A DNA stretch of 63,709 nucleotides, filler included, from Reclinomonas americana ATCC 50394 (lineage: Eukaryota): NCBI GenBank assembly GCA_048213135.1. It is 10 parts of 10 records of this genome, joined end to end, with 100 filler letters (N's around TTAATTAATTAA, not from the genome) between each part and the next. Parts side by side here need not be neighbours in the genome. Positions count along the whole stretch, not along the records: positions 3,319 to 18,025 come from AFZH01017138.1; positions 18,126 to 22,491 come from AFZH01017139.1; positions 22,592 to 31,114 come from AFZH01017140.1; 7 more parts are not named here. One strand, given 5' to 3'. The stretch's first letter is position 1; each line of letters begins with the position of its first letter. Both the position numbers and the translations under genes were made by a program. Shown piece after piece: positions 12,995 through 26,000 of the stretch. The notes below the pieces were generated by a model, which saw nothing but the letters and a program-made list of their open reading frames with translations, was not told the origin of the DNA and made no database searches.

Positions 12995-14993
12995 ATGCGG
13001 CTGCTCATCTTGTGCCTCGCGCTTGTGCTTGTCGGCGTGTGCCACGCGCTTCCGACGCAGGTGCACTTGAGTGTGAGTGTGGAGGGTCGCCGCAACGAGT
13101 TGTCGGTGACGTGGTTCCACGACGTGTCGAGTGTGAGCGGCGATGCGGCGGTGGAGTGGGGAGTGGCGTCGGGCGAGTACTCGCAGGTGGCGTCGGCGTG
13201 GAGTGCGACTCCGTATACGCGTGGAGAGCCCAAGTGGACTGGCACGGTCTACAGTGCCACCTTGTCGGGCCTCCAGTGTGATGCAAAGAGCGGAGGCGGA
13301 GTTTCGTGCACACGCGCGCGTGGTCTTTCTCTCTGCATGTGTTGTGCTCATTCCCTCTCTGTCTGTGTGTGTGTAGATGCGCTACTGGTATCGTGTGCGC
13401 ACGGCGGGAGAGTACTCGCCGGAGCACACTTTTGAGACGCCGTTTTGTGGTGACTATGATGTGCAGCCGTTCCACACGTTGTGGTATGGCGACATGGGAA
13501 CGTTGCGTCACTGAGCTTTACGCACGCACATATGCACACACGCGCGCACATCATCTCACACCAGCGATAGTGTGAACCGTTCGCTGGCGTTTGATGACAC
13601 GCACTCGTCGCTGGCCTCCATCACGTGGATCGAGAAGGTGATGAGTGGCAAGGTGCCGGATGAGTCGTTTGAGGTGGTCGTGCACGTGGGAGACATTGGC
13701 TATTGTGTTGCGTGCGGCGAGGGTCTCTGCTTGTCAAAGTGCCTGCCGGTCTCACGCCGTGCGTGTGGTGTGTTGGCACAGGATGATGGTGCGTTGCGGG
13801 CCAACCAGACGACCTTCAATCAGTTCCTGCTGGACGTGGAGAATGTGGCGTCGTCGTACCCGTACATTGTGTCGGAGGGCAACCACGGTGAGCGAGGTGC
13901 CACGCCGCTGCGCGCCCGCACGCACGCGGTACTCACATGTGCTCATCGCAGATTCGCATTACGAGCATGCCATGTACCACGAGGCGTTCCGCATGCCCGA
14001 CTGGAAGTCGAGCAAGAACATGTATTTCGCGGTGGATGTGCCGCACGCGCGCTGGGTGTTCTTCTCGGCCGAGGCCGACTATGCGCCTGAGGTGTCGGAG
14101 CAGTGGCGCTGGCTCCGCGACAACCTGCGCTCGTTCCGCGAGGACAAGGCCAATGATGTTGCGTTGTGATGGGTCGGTCGCCGCCTCTGCCTCCAATCAC
14201 TTTCTCACCCAGTGTGTTGCGCATCGCAGGATAAGTGGCTGATTGTGGGCGTGCACCGCCCGTTCTACTGCGCGTCGACGGTGAGCTGCTGTGGATTGCG
14301 TTTCTCCATCATGCGCGCTTTGCTGCTCATCTCGTGTGTGCGCGCAACCAGTGGTCGTACTGCAACAGCACGGGTATCGAGGCGTTGCGCCTGTCGGTGG
14401 AGGGCCTACTGCAAATGTACAATGTCGACGTGGTGATCGCCGGCCACACGCACGACTACGAGCGCATGTACCCGACGTACCGCAGCAAGGTGGCCGGCAC
14501 ATACGCCAAGCCGGAGGCCCCGGTGCATCTCATTTACGGAGCTCCGGGCGATGTGGAGGGCCAGGAGTGGTCCTACCTGGTCAAGGAGTGGAACGCGTAT
14601 CACAGGTACGGTGACAGCACGTGAGTGCCACAGATGGGTGCGTTGTGGAGATTCATTGGTGGGAGATGCGATGTGCAGCGTGCAGCTGGGGGTCGGCATG
14701 GTGTCGATTTACAACTCCACCAGCATCCACGCCCGCTTTGTCGACACGGTGACGGGAGTGACGGAGGATGGCGTTTGGCGTTGCGTGCTTTGACGAACGC
14801 TCTTGTTTTTTCTTTTTGGCTCACTGATACAACAGTCTCTCGCCGAGAGATCAAGCGAACACCGGAGGGTGTTTTCGTTCCGGCCGAGGCGCCGGGCTAC
14901 GACGCGCATGGAGTGCCGCATGTGGACGCCACCGAGTTGATCTCGATGGTGCAGTCGTCACTGGTGCAGAAGATGCACAACAAAGGCCAGTGA
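12995..14993 (+). CDS. Secreted purple acid phosphatase (ACP7-like), copy 1
   Basis: Signal peptide, FN3-like N-domain (QVHLS..VTW) and the five metal motifs GDMG, GDIGY, GNHD, VGVHRP and GHTHDYER. Confidence 0.93.
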
Positions 14994-15155
14994 AGCTGAG
15001 TGGCCCCCGATTGATTCCAGATTCGGTGCGATCCAATACCGGTCCTCTTTCGTATTTCTTTCTTGCTTGCTTGGAGAGAGGAGAGAGAGAGAACAGATCA
15101 CTTCCCCCCACACTCACACACTCTTTGCCTCAAACACTTCTTTTCTTGCCTCATC

Positions 15156-17404
15156 ATGGTCCGCACCATTCCTTTCGTGATGCTCTTTATCGTCGCGGTG
15201 GCAGCATCCACTGCTGCAGCGTTGCCGCCCGGCCAACTTCACCTCGCCCTGACTGGCCAGCCGAATGAGGTGTCAGTGACGTGGTTCCACGACGCCAGCG
15301 ATCCCACCGAGGATGCAGCGGTGCAGTGGGGCGAAGCGTCGGGCGAGTACACGCAGTTGGTGGCCGCGGCCTCAGCCACACCGTACTCGGGCAAGTGGTC
15401 GGGCACTGTCTACAGTGCACTCATGAGCGGCCTGCGGTGTGCGCCTGCCGGAGAGGGTGGAGTTGCGTCTTGCATGGAAGGAAAAGAGGGAGAGAGAGTT
15501 GTGTTCGACAACTGCAGCAGTCTGAATCTGGGTCGTCTTCTTTCTCCTTGTGAGATTCTTTGCTTCTTCTTTTGCAGAAGAGAGTTGATTGGCATAGAGA
15601 TGCACTGTGCAATGGAGTTAGCAGCGTGGGGCGACGAGCTCGAAGTGCGATTCGCCAATCGTGCAGTGTCAGTCTAAAATTGATTGTCTGCATGTTCGGA
15701 AACTTTTTAGCTGCTGCTGCATTGTCGCAGTGAGGGGTACCAAGGCAGAGACAATGAGAGAGAGTGTGTGTGTGAATTGGTGTGCTGTGCGTCCCCGCAT
15801 CTCTCGTCTGACGGAAACCATTTCCCCCCTCGCGCAACAGGTGCGGTACTGGTACCGAGTGCGTACGGCGGGAGAATATTCGGTGGAGCGAACCTTCGAA
15901 GCTCCCCTGTGCCACGACTACACGAAGCAGCCGTTCCGCTCACTGTGGTACGGCGACATGGGAACGTTACGTCTTTGTATGTCGACTGCCTGGGCAACTC
16001 CGACTGCTGCTCATCATCCATGTACAGTATCAATCGAGCGCTGCCGGCCGACGACCAACACTCTGCGTTGGCGACTGTGTCGTGGATCGAGTCGGTGATG
16101 CAGGGCAAGGTGCCGGGCGAGTCGTTTGAGATGGTGATGCATGTGGGCGACATTAGCTACTGCGTTGCGTACTGCTGCACTTGTTGTCTCTCCCCGCTTG
16201 CGTCGGGCTCACCGATGGGCACGACAGGATGAGGGCGACAGCAAGTACAACCAGACCATCTTCAGTCAGTTCATGGTGGACATGGAGAATGTGGCATCGT
16301 CGTACCCGTATCTGGTGTCGGAGGGCAACCACGGTGCGTGCTGCTGCTGCTGCACGTCTGTCAAGTCCGTTTCCTGATTTTGCCGTGCCCAATAGACTCC
16401 TTCCACAAGCACGCCATCTTTGGCGAGGCCTTCCGCATGCCGTCGTGGTCGACCACCAAGAATCTCTACTACAGTGTGGATGTGCCGTTCGGGCGGTGGG
16501 TTTTCCTCACGGCCGAGGAGGATTACACGCCGGAGGCGTCGGATCAGTGGAAGTGGTTGCGCACTGAGCTGCGCACATTCCGCGAAGACCAGGCCAACGA
16601 TGTTGCGCGATGACAGCCTGCTGCTGCTGCGCAGAGTAATGTGCCTGCTCACTCACTCTCCATGTGCAGGACAAGTGGTTGATTGTGGCCATTCATCGCC
16701 CACTCTACTGCTCGTCATCTGTTGCGCATTACCGTGCCGCGTTAACGCAGCATCATATTGTCGGCCTCTCACGCAAGTTGTCTGCAGAGCTCGTACTGCA
16801 ACAGCACCTCGAACGAGTCGGTGCGAGTGTCGCTGGAGGGCCTGCTTCAAATGTACAATGTGGACGTGGTGGTCTCCGGCCACACGCACGACTATGAGCG
16901 CACAAAGCCCGTGTACCGCGGCAAGGTGGCCGGCACGTACGCTCAGCCGGAGGGCCCCGTGCATTTGGTGTACGGCTCTGCCGGCGGCGTGGAGGGGCTC
17001 GTCAAGCAGCAGAGCAGTGTCGAGTGGGACGGGTTCCACAGGTGAGAAACTGATGACGACCATGATGAGATCGGCACAGTTGTGCTGATGTGTGTTGTCG
17101 CGCAGCATCGAGCTCGGCGTCGGCATGGTGTCAGTGTACAATTCGACGAGTATCAACGCTCGCTTCTTCAACACGGTGACGGGCCGTGTCGACGACGACG
17201 CGTGGAGTTGCGTCTGTGGTGCACGCTCGGATTTAGTCGCGAGTTTTTACTTACGGTCATTCGTTGCACCTGCCTGCAGTCTCGCGGAGAGCCATCAGCA
17301 GAACTGCTGAGGGAGTGTTTGTGCCGGTGCCGGCACCAGGGTATGACGAAAAGGGACGGCCAATCGTCGACAGGGAGCTGAGTGAGCGCATGGCCAGGTG
17401 GTGA
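15156..17404 (+). CDS. Secreted purple acid phosphatase (ACP7-like), copy 2 (tandem paralog)
   Basis: Same motifs (GDMG, GDISY, GNHD, VAIHRP, GHTHDYER) and the same intron positions as copy 1; stop TGA 17402-17404. Confidence 0.93.
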
Positions 17405-18125
17405 ATGTTAGAGGCGAAGGAGGATGCGCTGCGCAGCAGTGAAGCGGTGGTTGTACAGTTTTGTTTACTTGGGTAAGAGCGTTGTGGAGAAGGGATCGCA
17501 GAAGGCATGAGTGGTGACAATGACGGCATGTCATGGTTTGGTCAGTGGTGTTCGACCTCGCTGCTGCGATGCAGATTGCATACTGCTGTCGAAGCTCCGA
17601 GACCGACGACGCCTCCTCTTCTTTGCTTGCTTCACGGCTCCGGACCCGGCTTGCTTTGGCCTTTCCCCAGATTGGATGTGCCGAGTACGACTGCAGAAAC
17701 GCAGCGTTGCGCATGCGTCTGTGCAAATGCGTCAAATATGTTCAGCCTCGAGAAAGCCTTCCAGCCAATGCCCAAGAGTGGTGTTCGTGTTACTCATCAA
17801 GACAGCTGTTGCAGTTGCAGTTGCATTTGATTTGATTGTTGGTGAATGAACTGCTGTTGCTGCAAGCGCAGAAGCCGCGGTCCGGCGCCGGTGATTTGCA
17901 GGCAGCAATGGGTACGTTGCCTGACAACGCAAAAATGCCAGCTGGGTCAAAAGTCAAGGAGTTCGAAGGGTATACCACATCGAACAGGATCTTGGAAGAT
18001 TTGCCCAATTCCACCTCCGCCACTGNNNNNNNNNNNNNNNNNNNNNNNNNNNNNNNNNNNNNNNNNNNNTTAATTAATTAANNNNNNNNNNNNNNNNNNN
18101 NNNNNNNNNNNNNNNNNNNNNNNNN

Positions 18126-21100
18126 CCATTCTCTTCCGGTTGGTGGACGAGCTCGCCGCTCAAGCGGCCTCTCGCGCCATGGCCAACACCGTGTACGACA
18201 CGCTGCTGGCCGCCTTCCTGGACAATGTGCACAACAGCCGAGTGCGATCGTTCTGCCTCGGTCACTTTTGGAACACGCTCAAGGCGTCGTCGGTGCTGCC
18301 ACTGGCCAGCCTTGTCGATCCGCTCATGCGTGAGTATGCCTCGCTGGCCGTGTCGGAAACCGACGTGGCGTTTGTTGCCCGACTGGTTGGGCACGATCGT
18401 TTGAGTTGCGTTTGTGTCGTCTTGCAGTTTTGTCACGTGCGTGCCTGACTCGTGTCGTCGTCGTCGCCACAGGCCTGGACTCCGCCATGACCATCTTGCG
18501 TTTCCTGTTTTCTGTGATTACGGGCAAGGCCGAAGCCGACGACGCCACCGTGGCCACCGCCATGCCGGCCCTGCTCAAGAGCATCCAGGCCAACTGGCAG
18601 CAGCAGCAGTGCATTGTGGTGGTCGACTACGCTGTGCGCGACGCCGGCACGCTGTACGTGTCGGCACTCAACTCGCCACAATGGTCCTCACCGGTGGCGA
18701 CGCCAACCACCAGCAAGCGCACTTTGAAGCTGCTGGCGGCACTCGCCGATCTCGAGATTGTTTCGTACTTACTCTCTCTCACACCTCTCGCTCTCGTCTC
18801 GTGTTCCTGACTGCGGCTCGCACCTTGCAGCGCGCCATCACGGACCTCCTCGTCCCCGTGGTGCGCACCATTCTGCACGGCATCCCGCAACCGGAGCCCG
18901 CCCTGTTCAATCTGGCGTCGCGTCTCAACGTGTCGCCCCGGAGTGTCGCCGGACCGATGTCGTCCAATGGTGGCACATTGGTACGTGCCGCGGATCATCA
19001 TTTCATGTTATTTAGCGTCTTGCTGAGTTTCTGCTGCTGCTGCTGCTGCGCAGGAGTCGCCCATGAGCGACGGTGTCGTGTTGGATGCGCCGCCGCCTGC
19101 GCGCAAGTCCACCTCGCCACGACGCGGGCGCTCACATCCGACCGGCGTCGGCGACACCGACACCTCGTCAGCCTCGCCGCGTCGGCGCAATCTCGGTCAG
19201 AGTCGGCTGCCACATCCGGGTCGCAAGAGCGACGGCGGCGTCGTGCAGCAGACGCAGGGGGAGGAGAGTGGCAGTGTGAGTCCGCTGCATCGGAAGCCTG
19301 CGTCCGACTCGAGCGTTCATGACATCGAGAGGCCGCGCAAGGTGTGTGTGCTGTCGACCAATTGTTTTCTCTGGTGTCGTTTCACTGACCTTGCGCGCAA
19401 CAGCTGTACCACGCACCGCCGGCGCAGATTCACGAGCGCGAACGTGCCATGATGGATCACATTCTGGAGCAGCGGCGGAAGCGGGCCGAAGACCGTGCAC
19501 AGGCCGAGGAAGAGAGACGGCTGCGCGAGGAGCGCATCAAGAAACAATTGGATCGGCTGCGAAAAAAACAGCAGCTGGCGTTGCATCCTATGGTTCGTTC
19601 GCCGTCCTCTTGTCCCTCAACAGTGTGTGCGCTCATGAACCCTCGTTGAATGCAGGAGGCTGGCGGAGAGGAACAGGCGCAGTTACCGGCACATGAGCGC
19701 CTGTACAAACGTGCCATGCTGCAACGCGACAAACTCCATGGCAAGAAGGGCGGTCAGGTGTGCCTTCGATCCTCTTCTGTGCTTGTGTGCCGTGTTGTCG
19801 TGGCCTGATTTGTTGAATTGCTTGCGTCAAGGCATCGAGTGGCGACGAGGAGGCAGAGGCTGCGAGTGGTGATGACGAGGAGCGGGGAGCGCCCAACGAA
19901 AGCTTCGAGCAGTCGGGTGACGAGGGAGAGGCGGATGAGGCCGCTGACGAGGAGGAGGAGGAGGAGACGGAGGACGAATCGGCCGATTATGTCGCCGAGA
20001 GTGTGCTCTCCTCCATCTTGCAAGACGTCACTGGCGACGACGATCACTGGGAGTTCCCGGCGCAGCGTCGTCACCGAGAGCAAGCTGAGCGGCGGCTCCA
20101 GGCGCGAGAAGAGCGCAAGCGACAGCGCCATCGCAGCAAGTCGCCGCCTGTGCCAAGCGAGAAGAAGAAGGCCACCAAGGCGAAGCGCAAGAGCAAGGGT
20201 GGCGCTTCCGGCTCGACCGAGAACACGCCCACCAAGACGGTAACGTCGCACGCGCGCGCTCGCTCGCGTGTGTGTATGCGATGTGTGTTTGGAGCTGACT
20301 GAAGAGAGTGCGAACAGGAACCCGCGGCACCCCGTGTCGCTGCGAGAATCAAGCAGCTGTCGGTGTCACCCGGCTTCTTCCAGAAGCACCGCGAGCACTC
20401 GCGCGGCAATGTCATGTTTATCCTGAGTCTCCTGACTGATGTGGTCGACAGTGTCGTCAGCGGCGAGTTGCGTCTCCGCACACCCATATTTCCTTGCGTC
20501 TCTTTTTCCTCCTCTCCCCCTCACTTTGACAAATGCGTCTGCAGAGCGCGTGCACGACTCGGCGAGAAGAAGAAGAAGCCAAAGAGGAAGGACAAGGAGT
20601 TGTCGACGAAGCGCCCGCCAGATATTGCACCGGTGCTGGACACCAAGTCGAAGATTCCAGAGAGCGAAAGCGCAATTATCGCGCACCGGAAGCGTCTGGA
20701 GGAGGAGCGTGAGCAGGAGGAAAAACGCCGTCAGAAGGAGGAGAAGAAGCGCGAACAGCAACGCGAGCAGCGCAAGAAGGAACTCGAGTCCATGCTGCAG
20801 GAGCAGCGACAGCGCAAGGAGGAGGTTGGCTTGTGTGTCCCCCAGCCTGTCGCCGCCACACGCACTCACTCTCTCTGTCTCTCGCACAGGAGGCCAAATC
20901 GGCGGAGGAACGTCGCAAGCAGCTGGAGCAGGCCCGTAAGAGCAAGGAGGAGAAGCGGCAGCAGGAGCTGGTGGCGTGGCGCGAGGCCGAGAAACAGCGC
21001 ATCCAGTCGCACAAGGAACAGACGGAGGAGAAGAAGCGGCAGGAGGCGGAGGAGGCCAAGAAGAAAGTTGCGCGCACGTGTGAGGCACAAGAGAGACAAT

Positions 21101-21780
21101 AAGCGATGCTGACGCGTGTGCTGCTGTTGCGTAGGCGCAAGAAGACACTCGTCGTCGCGAGGAGGAGAAGAAGCAGCGTGAGGCCGCCAAGGCGCAACTC
21201 GAGGAGTACCAGCGTCGCAAGACTGAAGAACGCAAGCAGGAGGAGGAGCGCAAGCGGCAGGAAGACGAAAAGCGGGCGGTGGCTGAGCGTAAGCAACGCG
21301 CGCGACAGATCAAGGTGTGTGGCTCTCGCTTCGAAGAATATCATGCGTGTGTACTCACATCACAGCCTTCTCATCACGCAGAAAAAGCAGAAAATACAAG
21401 CAGCCAAGGCAGCCTCTGCCGCCAACGGTGGCGGTGCTGGTGGCGCTGCGCCTGGGGACGACGGTGACGACGATGACGACGACGATGATGATGATGCGGC
21501 TGGTGGTGCCGACGATATTGACGATGGTCTGGCAGCTGCTGCTGCAGCAGCGGCCGCCGCGGCCGCGTCAAGTCACGCTCAACCGCACCAGCACGAGAGG
21601 AAACCGTCGTCGGACTTGAGGACGGAGGGGAAGTCGCACCAGGAAACAGGTGAGGCGATGGAAGGGGAAGGCGAAGGGGAAGGCAGAGGGGAAGGGAAGG
21701 GAAGGGGAAGGAGAAATGGAGGTAGGAAAGAGAGGGGGTCAGGGAGAAAAGGGGGAGCGGCGAGAGGAAGGCAGTGAACA
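18126..21780 (+). CDS. Large hypothetical protein: helical N-part plus long Glu/Lys/Arg-rich coiled coil; 5'-partial, 3' end uncertain
   Basis: Chain of ORFs linked by GT-AG introns; long E/K/R/Q coiled-coil stretches; no family recognised. Confidence 0.55.
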
Positions 21781-22440
21781 TGGGAAGTGAGGCGAAAGAG
21801 GACAAGGAGAAATGAAACGGTGGTGGAGAGAGAGAGAGAGAAGAGAGAAACGGTAAGTTGAAGGGGAATGGGAAGAGAAAGGGACACCGCACGGGGAAGG
21901 GCGATAAGAAAGAAACCATGGAAAGGTAGCGAGTGAGAGAGAATGGAGAGAGAGAATCAGTGATTGGAGAAAATGAGAAAGTAGAGGGAGATGATTCGGG
22001 GAGAGTGGAAAGTGGGTGGTAAGAATAACAAGGGGATTTGTGGTTGGAGAGATAGAAGAGGAAGAGGATGAAAATCAAGGGAGGCAGGAGAGCGAAGTGG
22101 CGAGGAAGTGAGAGCGGAGAGGTGAGATTTAGTGGAGAGAATGAGAAAGTGAGAAGAGAAGTGTGCACGGGGATGTTGGTGAGGAAGAGAAACAGGGAAG
22201 AGAAGGTTTTGAGAAAGGAGACATGGAGTGAGAAAGGAGAAATGGAGTGGTGGCTGAAGAGGTAGTGAAAGGGGAAGAGAATGGAAGAATAACAGGAGAG
22301 AGAGAAAGAGAGAGAGCAAGTGAGAAGTGTGCACGGGGAAGTTGGTGAGGAAGGAGACATGGGAGATAGAGAGAGAGAGAGAGAAGAGAGAGAGCTATGA
22401 GTGGAGAAGAAGAGAGTGTGTGTGAGAGGCAGAAGAGAGA
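21650..22440. repeat. Purine-rich (GA) low-complexity tract, probably intronic
   Basis: Begins at a CAG|GTGAGG donor near 21650; almost all A/G, with GAGA runs and an internal imperfect duplication (GAGAAGTGTGCACGGGGA near 22157 and 22322). Confidence 0.8.
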
Positions 22441-22591
22441 TCAACCGTTTGCAGACTAGTGGAAAGGTTCCTCGTCACTCATGTGCATTTCNNNNNNNNN
22501 NNNNNNNNNNNNNNNNNNNNNNNNNNNNNNNNNNNTTAATTAATTAANNNNNNNNNNNNNNNNNNNNNNNNNNNNNNNNNNNNNNNNNNNN

Positions 22592-23040
22592 GGAGGAGGA
22601 GGAAGAAGAAGAAGATGGTGTGCGCTGGGACGAGGCAGTTGGCGCGCTGGTCCGCGGTATTGCGGACTGTTTTGGTGCACTGGTGGCGCGTGTTGTGGAG
22701 ACGATGGTTGTTGTGAACTGTGAGGAGAGGCCGACATGCGAGCAACTGCTGCGTGACGGTGTGTTTGCAATAGCAGCCATTGGAACTTGGGCCTCAGCAG
22801 TGCAAGCGGTCGGTTTATCTGACGGCGCTGAACTCGAATGACGACGCGCTATACGCGTCTCCGTGGATTAAGATCTTAACTGCTCTGGTGGCAAGTCTAG
22901 TCAACGTCTGGCAGTCGATCACCATCTCACCGGGAATGTCGCTGACTCAGCAGCTGAGTGGTGCGGTTCGTGCGGGCGGTGTCATCGCATCTTGCTTGAG
23001 CTGCGCAATTAAAGAGATCAAACAAAACAAAACTGTTTAA
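22592..23040 (+). CDS. 3' fragment of a gene, possibly a protein-kinase C-lobe end
   Basis: VVETMVVVNCEERPTCEQLL resembles kinase subdomain XI (RPT..ELL); the rest lies in the gap. Confidence 0.3.
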
Positions 23041-23055
23041 TATGTTTGTTTTCTC

Positions 23056-26000
23056 TTACAAGTTCGCAAATTGCGTCGGGATAATCTTCTTGCGATTTCT
23101 CGTGTTGTGACTTGAAGGAGATAGTGCGGTAAGAAGCGCACTGTCACGCCTAGCGACAGGCGAGGACGCCGGCCCGGGTTCGCGATCCGTCATGCCCGGG
23201 TAGTGTACTCGGTACAGCATGGACGTACGACGGCTGGCGATAATTGATGTTCTTCTAATCTGCGTACTCGGAGCGCTGCTGTCGTCAATCAAGCCACCCT
23301 GCACGACGAGCCGCGACAGCGTCTTGTTGATGCCACAATCCAAGTCGGCATCCAGCATGTTGAAGACGATGCGCTTGCTACCAAGAGACGGTGGACCGTC
23401 ATGTTCAGTTGACCGTTGTGGCGAGTTGTCCCCGGCGCTATGATCGCCACCACCAGCACCACCGTGGAACGGCTCGTCGCGGCATACAACGTCACTGAAA
23501 GTCACACCAACATGAGCCGAGTCACGGTCCGGATCCGTTGTGTCCAACGTGACCTTCCGTGCACCGGCGGCGGTGCCACCGTCGCCGTACACAGCAGAAG
23601 CACGCCGATGGCCGAAGCGGGGAGTAGTGGACGAATGGCTCGCAGAGTTTCTCGGGCTCTGCACGCCGGCTATGTGTACCGTGAGCGGCACAGAGGAGCG
23701 TCGAGTGTGCACAGATCCAGAGCCTTCGGACGGGCTCTTGTGCACGGTGCTGTGGTGGTGGTGGTGGGCCAAAAACTCCTCCCGTTGCAATTCTTCATAG
23801 TCGCCGACGCAGGTGAGCATGTTCCAGCCTTCCAGCAGGCGCTCCTGGAGTACTTCAGGGAGGATTTGATAGACTGCGACAAACAATGAAATGATAAGTA
23901 GAGTGGCAATGAGATCGGAGTAGGCAGCAGCGCAGAGAACTCACTGTGCATCACTTCCGCAACGCCCTTGAGGGACATGGGCCCGGCATAGTTGACGACC
24001 ACTGGTATTTCTAGAGCCAGGGTTTTGTTTGGATTCTGAGGCACAGCAGCGAGATACGGTGTGATGAGAAGTGGGTGGACGAGAGAAGCAATTCATCGCC
24101 ACGACGACGTAACTCGGGGAAGTTGACTGAGGAACTCATCTGAGACGTGCAACATGCCGCCCTTGGCTGTCCCGGCTACTCGCGCACCGCGATTAACGAC
24201 TGTTCCGTAGTAGTCGAGGCGCCCCATGACTTCGTCGATCTTCCAAGAGAGCGCAGCGAGTGAGAGTGAAACATCACTGAGAGAATGCAAGTGCATGTAA
24301 TTGTTAAGACTTAACCTTGTGCATCACTTCGCCAAAGTGAAGACCCATGCGGACACTGCGGCGTGACAACATGAGTGAGAGTACAGGGAAGAGAGATTGG
24401 CGGCGACCACACAGACCGGAGACCGCGGTAAATTACTCCGTATTTTGGTGTTTCCACAATGTCGCCTGCGATGCAAAGTGAGGAAAACTTTCCCATGGAG
24501 TTAACCCTGCTGTTGTCGGTGATGCGCAACTATATCTGAGTTTGTAGAGAGCTCGTGGCCACGGTGCCTGTTGACGTACGCGCAGCGTATACGAGTGAGC
24601 AGATAATAACCAACACACTTCTCCATCTCCTCCTTTTGCGTCCACTTCCAGTATGCACATGTACAAGCTCCTTCTTCCTTCTTCTTCATCTCTTCTATTT
24701 CTTCTTGTTTCTTCATCATCGTCATCTACTCCTCCTCCTCCTCCGTCACTGTCTTTCTCCGTTGCTGTTTCTTCCTCTCTCATCCTTGATAGAGATACCT
24801 TGACTAGCGCGAGTTGCACTTCGAGAGCCCAGTGAATGGCATCTAAGGGACTTGCGAACGAGACCATGAAGGCGTCACCTACACATGACACACCATCAGT
24901 ATAAAAGCTTCTGTTTTCTGTTTCACGAAGAGTAATGAAAGGAAGAAATATTGCCAGTCACAAGTACCCTAAGTAAAGATAAAGTCATGTTGTGACAGGG
25001 AAACTAAGAACGCGACAAGAGTTGTCAGCGATCACTGACTACACGCACAAAACCGAGAGAGAACTTGCATTGATCAGCTGACTCTATGCATATTTGTGCA
25101 ATGGCACGTTGTGTCCAGCAGAGATCGCAAACATGCTACCGTATCAATCATACCTTGATAATCAGCTTGACTACAGTGCGTTCACAACTCTCTACTTCTG
25201 GCATACGTAGGGTGATCACACTGCAACCAATGCGATAAACACAAGTCTATTCCACAAAAACGGCTTCTTGATGCTTCTTACGGTACCTTCTTTCTCGTTC
25301 ACACACCTTCCGTCTTGACTTCAAATCCATTAAACTCGCGCAGGCATCGACGAACAATGCGATGGTGCATCTCAATGCAGAACAGCATGAGCTCCGTGTC
25401 GGTCTCCCACAGTGCAGTGGAACCTGTGGGCTCAGGTTAGTTGGCAACGAGGAGGGAAACTCGAAAGTGATAAGTTCTGTAGCTGCTGCTGACACTTGAT
25501 GGCTCTCACTCACACTGTAATATGTAGCGAGCATTCTATGTGTGAGACGAGTGGCATTGAGAAACACCGCAAACCTTCGATATCCTATGTGTTGACAAAG
25601 AGATGCATATGTGCACGCGGGATCAGGAGTTGTACAGTGAGTAACGCAGGGCAATCAAAACACGAACATGTACACATTGTGCACGCAGCAGGCCTTACCG
25701 TGAATCCCACAGTAATCTGCAGCCAATGCAGTGAGTTGAGCATCACATCAAATCAAACAACCTTGCCCTCGTTTCCCCAACGAACCGCTCCTTTCGGTGC
25801 CTTGTCCAGCTGCATGTAGTACTCGCCTTCAGTGTCCTTTCCATAAACTTGAACCTCGTGCTCCTCATCTCGGAGAGTTTTGCGCGAGTACAAGAAGCGC
25901 AAGCCAAACAGGAACATCGTGCAGTTCACATACGTCCATCCAACGACTAGCAGGGCGGCAAAAATCTGGATACCCACCTGAGCCCCACGATTGCCAGGAG

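Noticed and set aside
17500..18025. Several short ORFs at the contig end
   Set aside because: No consistent exon chain or recognisable motif; cannot support a call.
21374..22444. Long Ser/Leu/Phe/Pro ORFs (also 11181-12008)
   Set aside because: Stop-free by-products of CT-rich low-complexity tracts.
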